Source of the DNA: Podarcis filfolensis
Lineage: Eukaryota
Assembly (NCBI GenBank): GCA_964270895.1
Contig: OZ185435.1
Reading direction: 5' to 3' (one strand)
Length of the DNA: 64,000 bases
Part shown: in pieces, positions 63,546 through 64,000 of the stretch
How the letters are laid out: every line of letters begins with the position of its first letter
How positions within the stretch are numbered: the stretch's first letter is position 1
Position numbers and translations under genes: made by a program
Notes under the pieces: model-generated
What the model saw: only the letters and a program-made list of their open reading frames with translations
Database searches by the model: none
Told to the model about the DNA's origin: nothing

Positions 63546-64000
63546 TTCTGCATCCAGCAGAATAACTTCATTATGTAGCTATAAGCAATGAGTTTATTCA
63601 GCCCATCCATTAAAAACTTGCAGTTAATATTACTAAGGATTTTCCATACAAATTTAGTGAACTACTTATAATGTTGAAACTGGTTTTTACACACACTGAT
63701 TTTTTCCCCAGATAGATGATTGCAAATTATTTTTCAAGGGTAATCAACGAAATAGATTTGCTTTATCCTTGAGTGCTTATCAACTCAGTTGGCAGAGTAA
63801 CCTTGGAATTCCTCTTGGCATTAAACATTATGAAATTGTTATTGGTTATTTAATAAATATAGGTAGTTTAAAACATTCCTGGATACTGCATTGCAAAGTG
63901 ATAAGTGAAGTGGCCACCAGTGGATTTTGTATGTATTGATAAACATCCTGTGACAATGGAACGTGGCGTCATAAAATAGCACAATAATGTGCTTGGAACC

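Larger units (their letters stand above)
1..64000 (+). other. DPP10: Interior of a DPP10 gene (large introns with two internal coding exons)
   Basis: Two in-frame, canonically spliced exons match DPP10. No flanking DPP10 exons were found by eye, which fits the very long introns known for this gene. That the whole window is intragenic is inferred. Confidence 0.85.

Noticed and set aside
1-64000. Prokaryotic systems (operons, CRISPR arrays, phage, defence islands)
   Set aside because: Low coding density, spliceosomal introns and vertebrate TEs. No regularly spaced repeat-spacer array was seen.
35870-64000. Following DPP10 exon (IFHYSYTASYVIYNIHT)
   Set aside because: No matching sequence with splice sites was found by eye, so it is probably downstream of the window.

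Overview
This is vertebrate (squamate) genomic DNA, not prokaryotic. The repeat content (Sauria SINEs, CAGTGGTACCTC-ended Tc1/mariner MITEs, CAGTGCTTTTTT-ended hAT MITEs, L2, CR1, RTE and Penelope fragments) points to a lizard, most likely a lacertid; this is an inference. The window appears to lie wholly inside a DPP10 gene on the + strand. Two coding exons are clear: 28717-28811 (DTEVVYKSRHGHVVKLNVETNTSTLLLENATF) and 35795-35869 (VTFKASRYSVSPDLKYVLLAYDIKQ), equivalent to human exons 4 and 5 as recalled from memory. The rest is AT-rich intron containing decayed transposons, and nearly all listed ORFs are spurious or TE-derived. The best leads are: (1) a Penelope-like 3' end carrying a minimal, dimer-type hammerhead ribozyme with a damaged core at 34497-34534; (2) a candidate alternative last exon (NAGNAG acceptor, in-frame stop, tandem AATAAA) at 50751-50876 that would give a truncated DPP10; (3) a cluster of PAR-bZIP/CRE-like ACGT sites in the 7-kb intron and a 14-bp D-box palindrome upstream of the first exon; (4) several nested transposon insertions, one three layers deep. 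The sequence alone does not demonstrate a new biological system. These are testable hypotheses, and family names come from recall rather than database searches.
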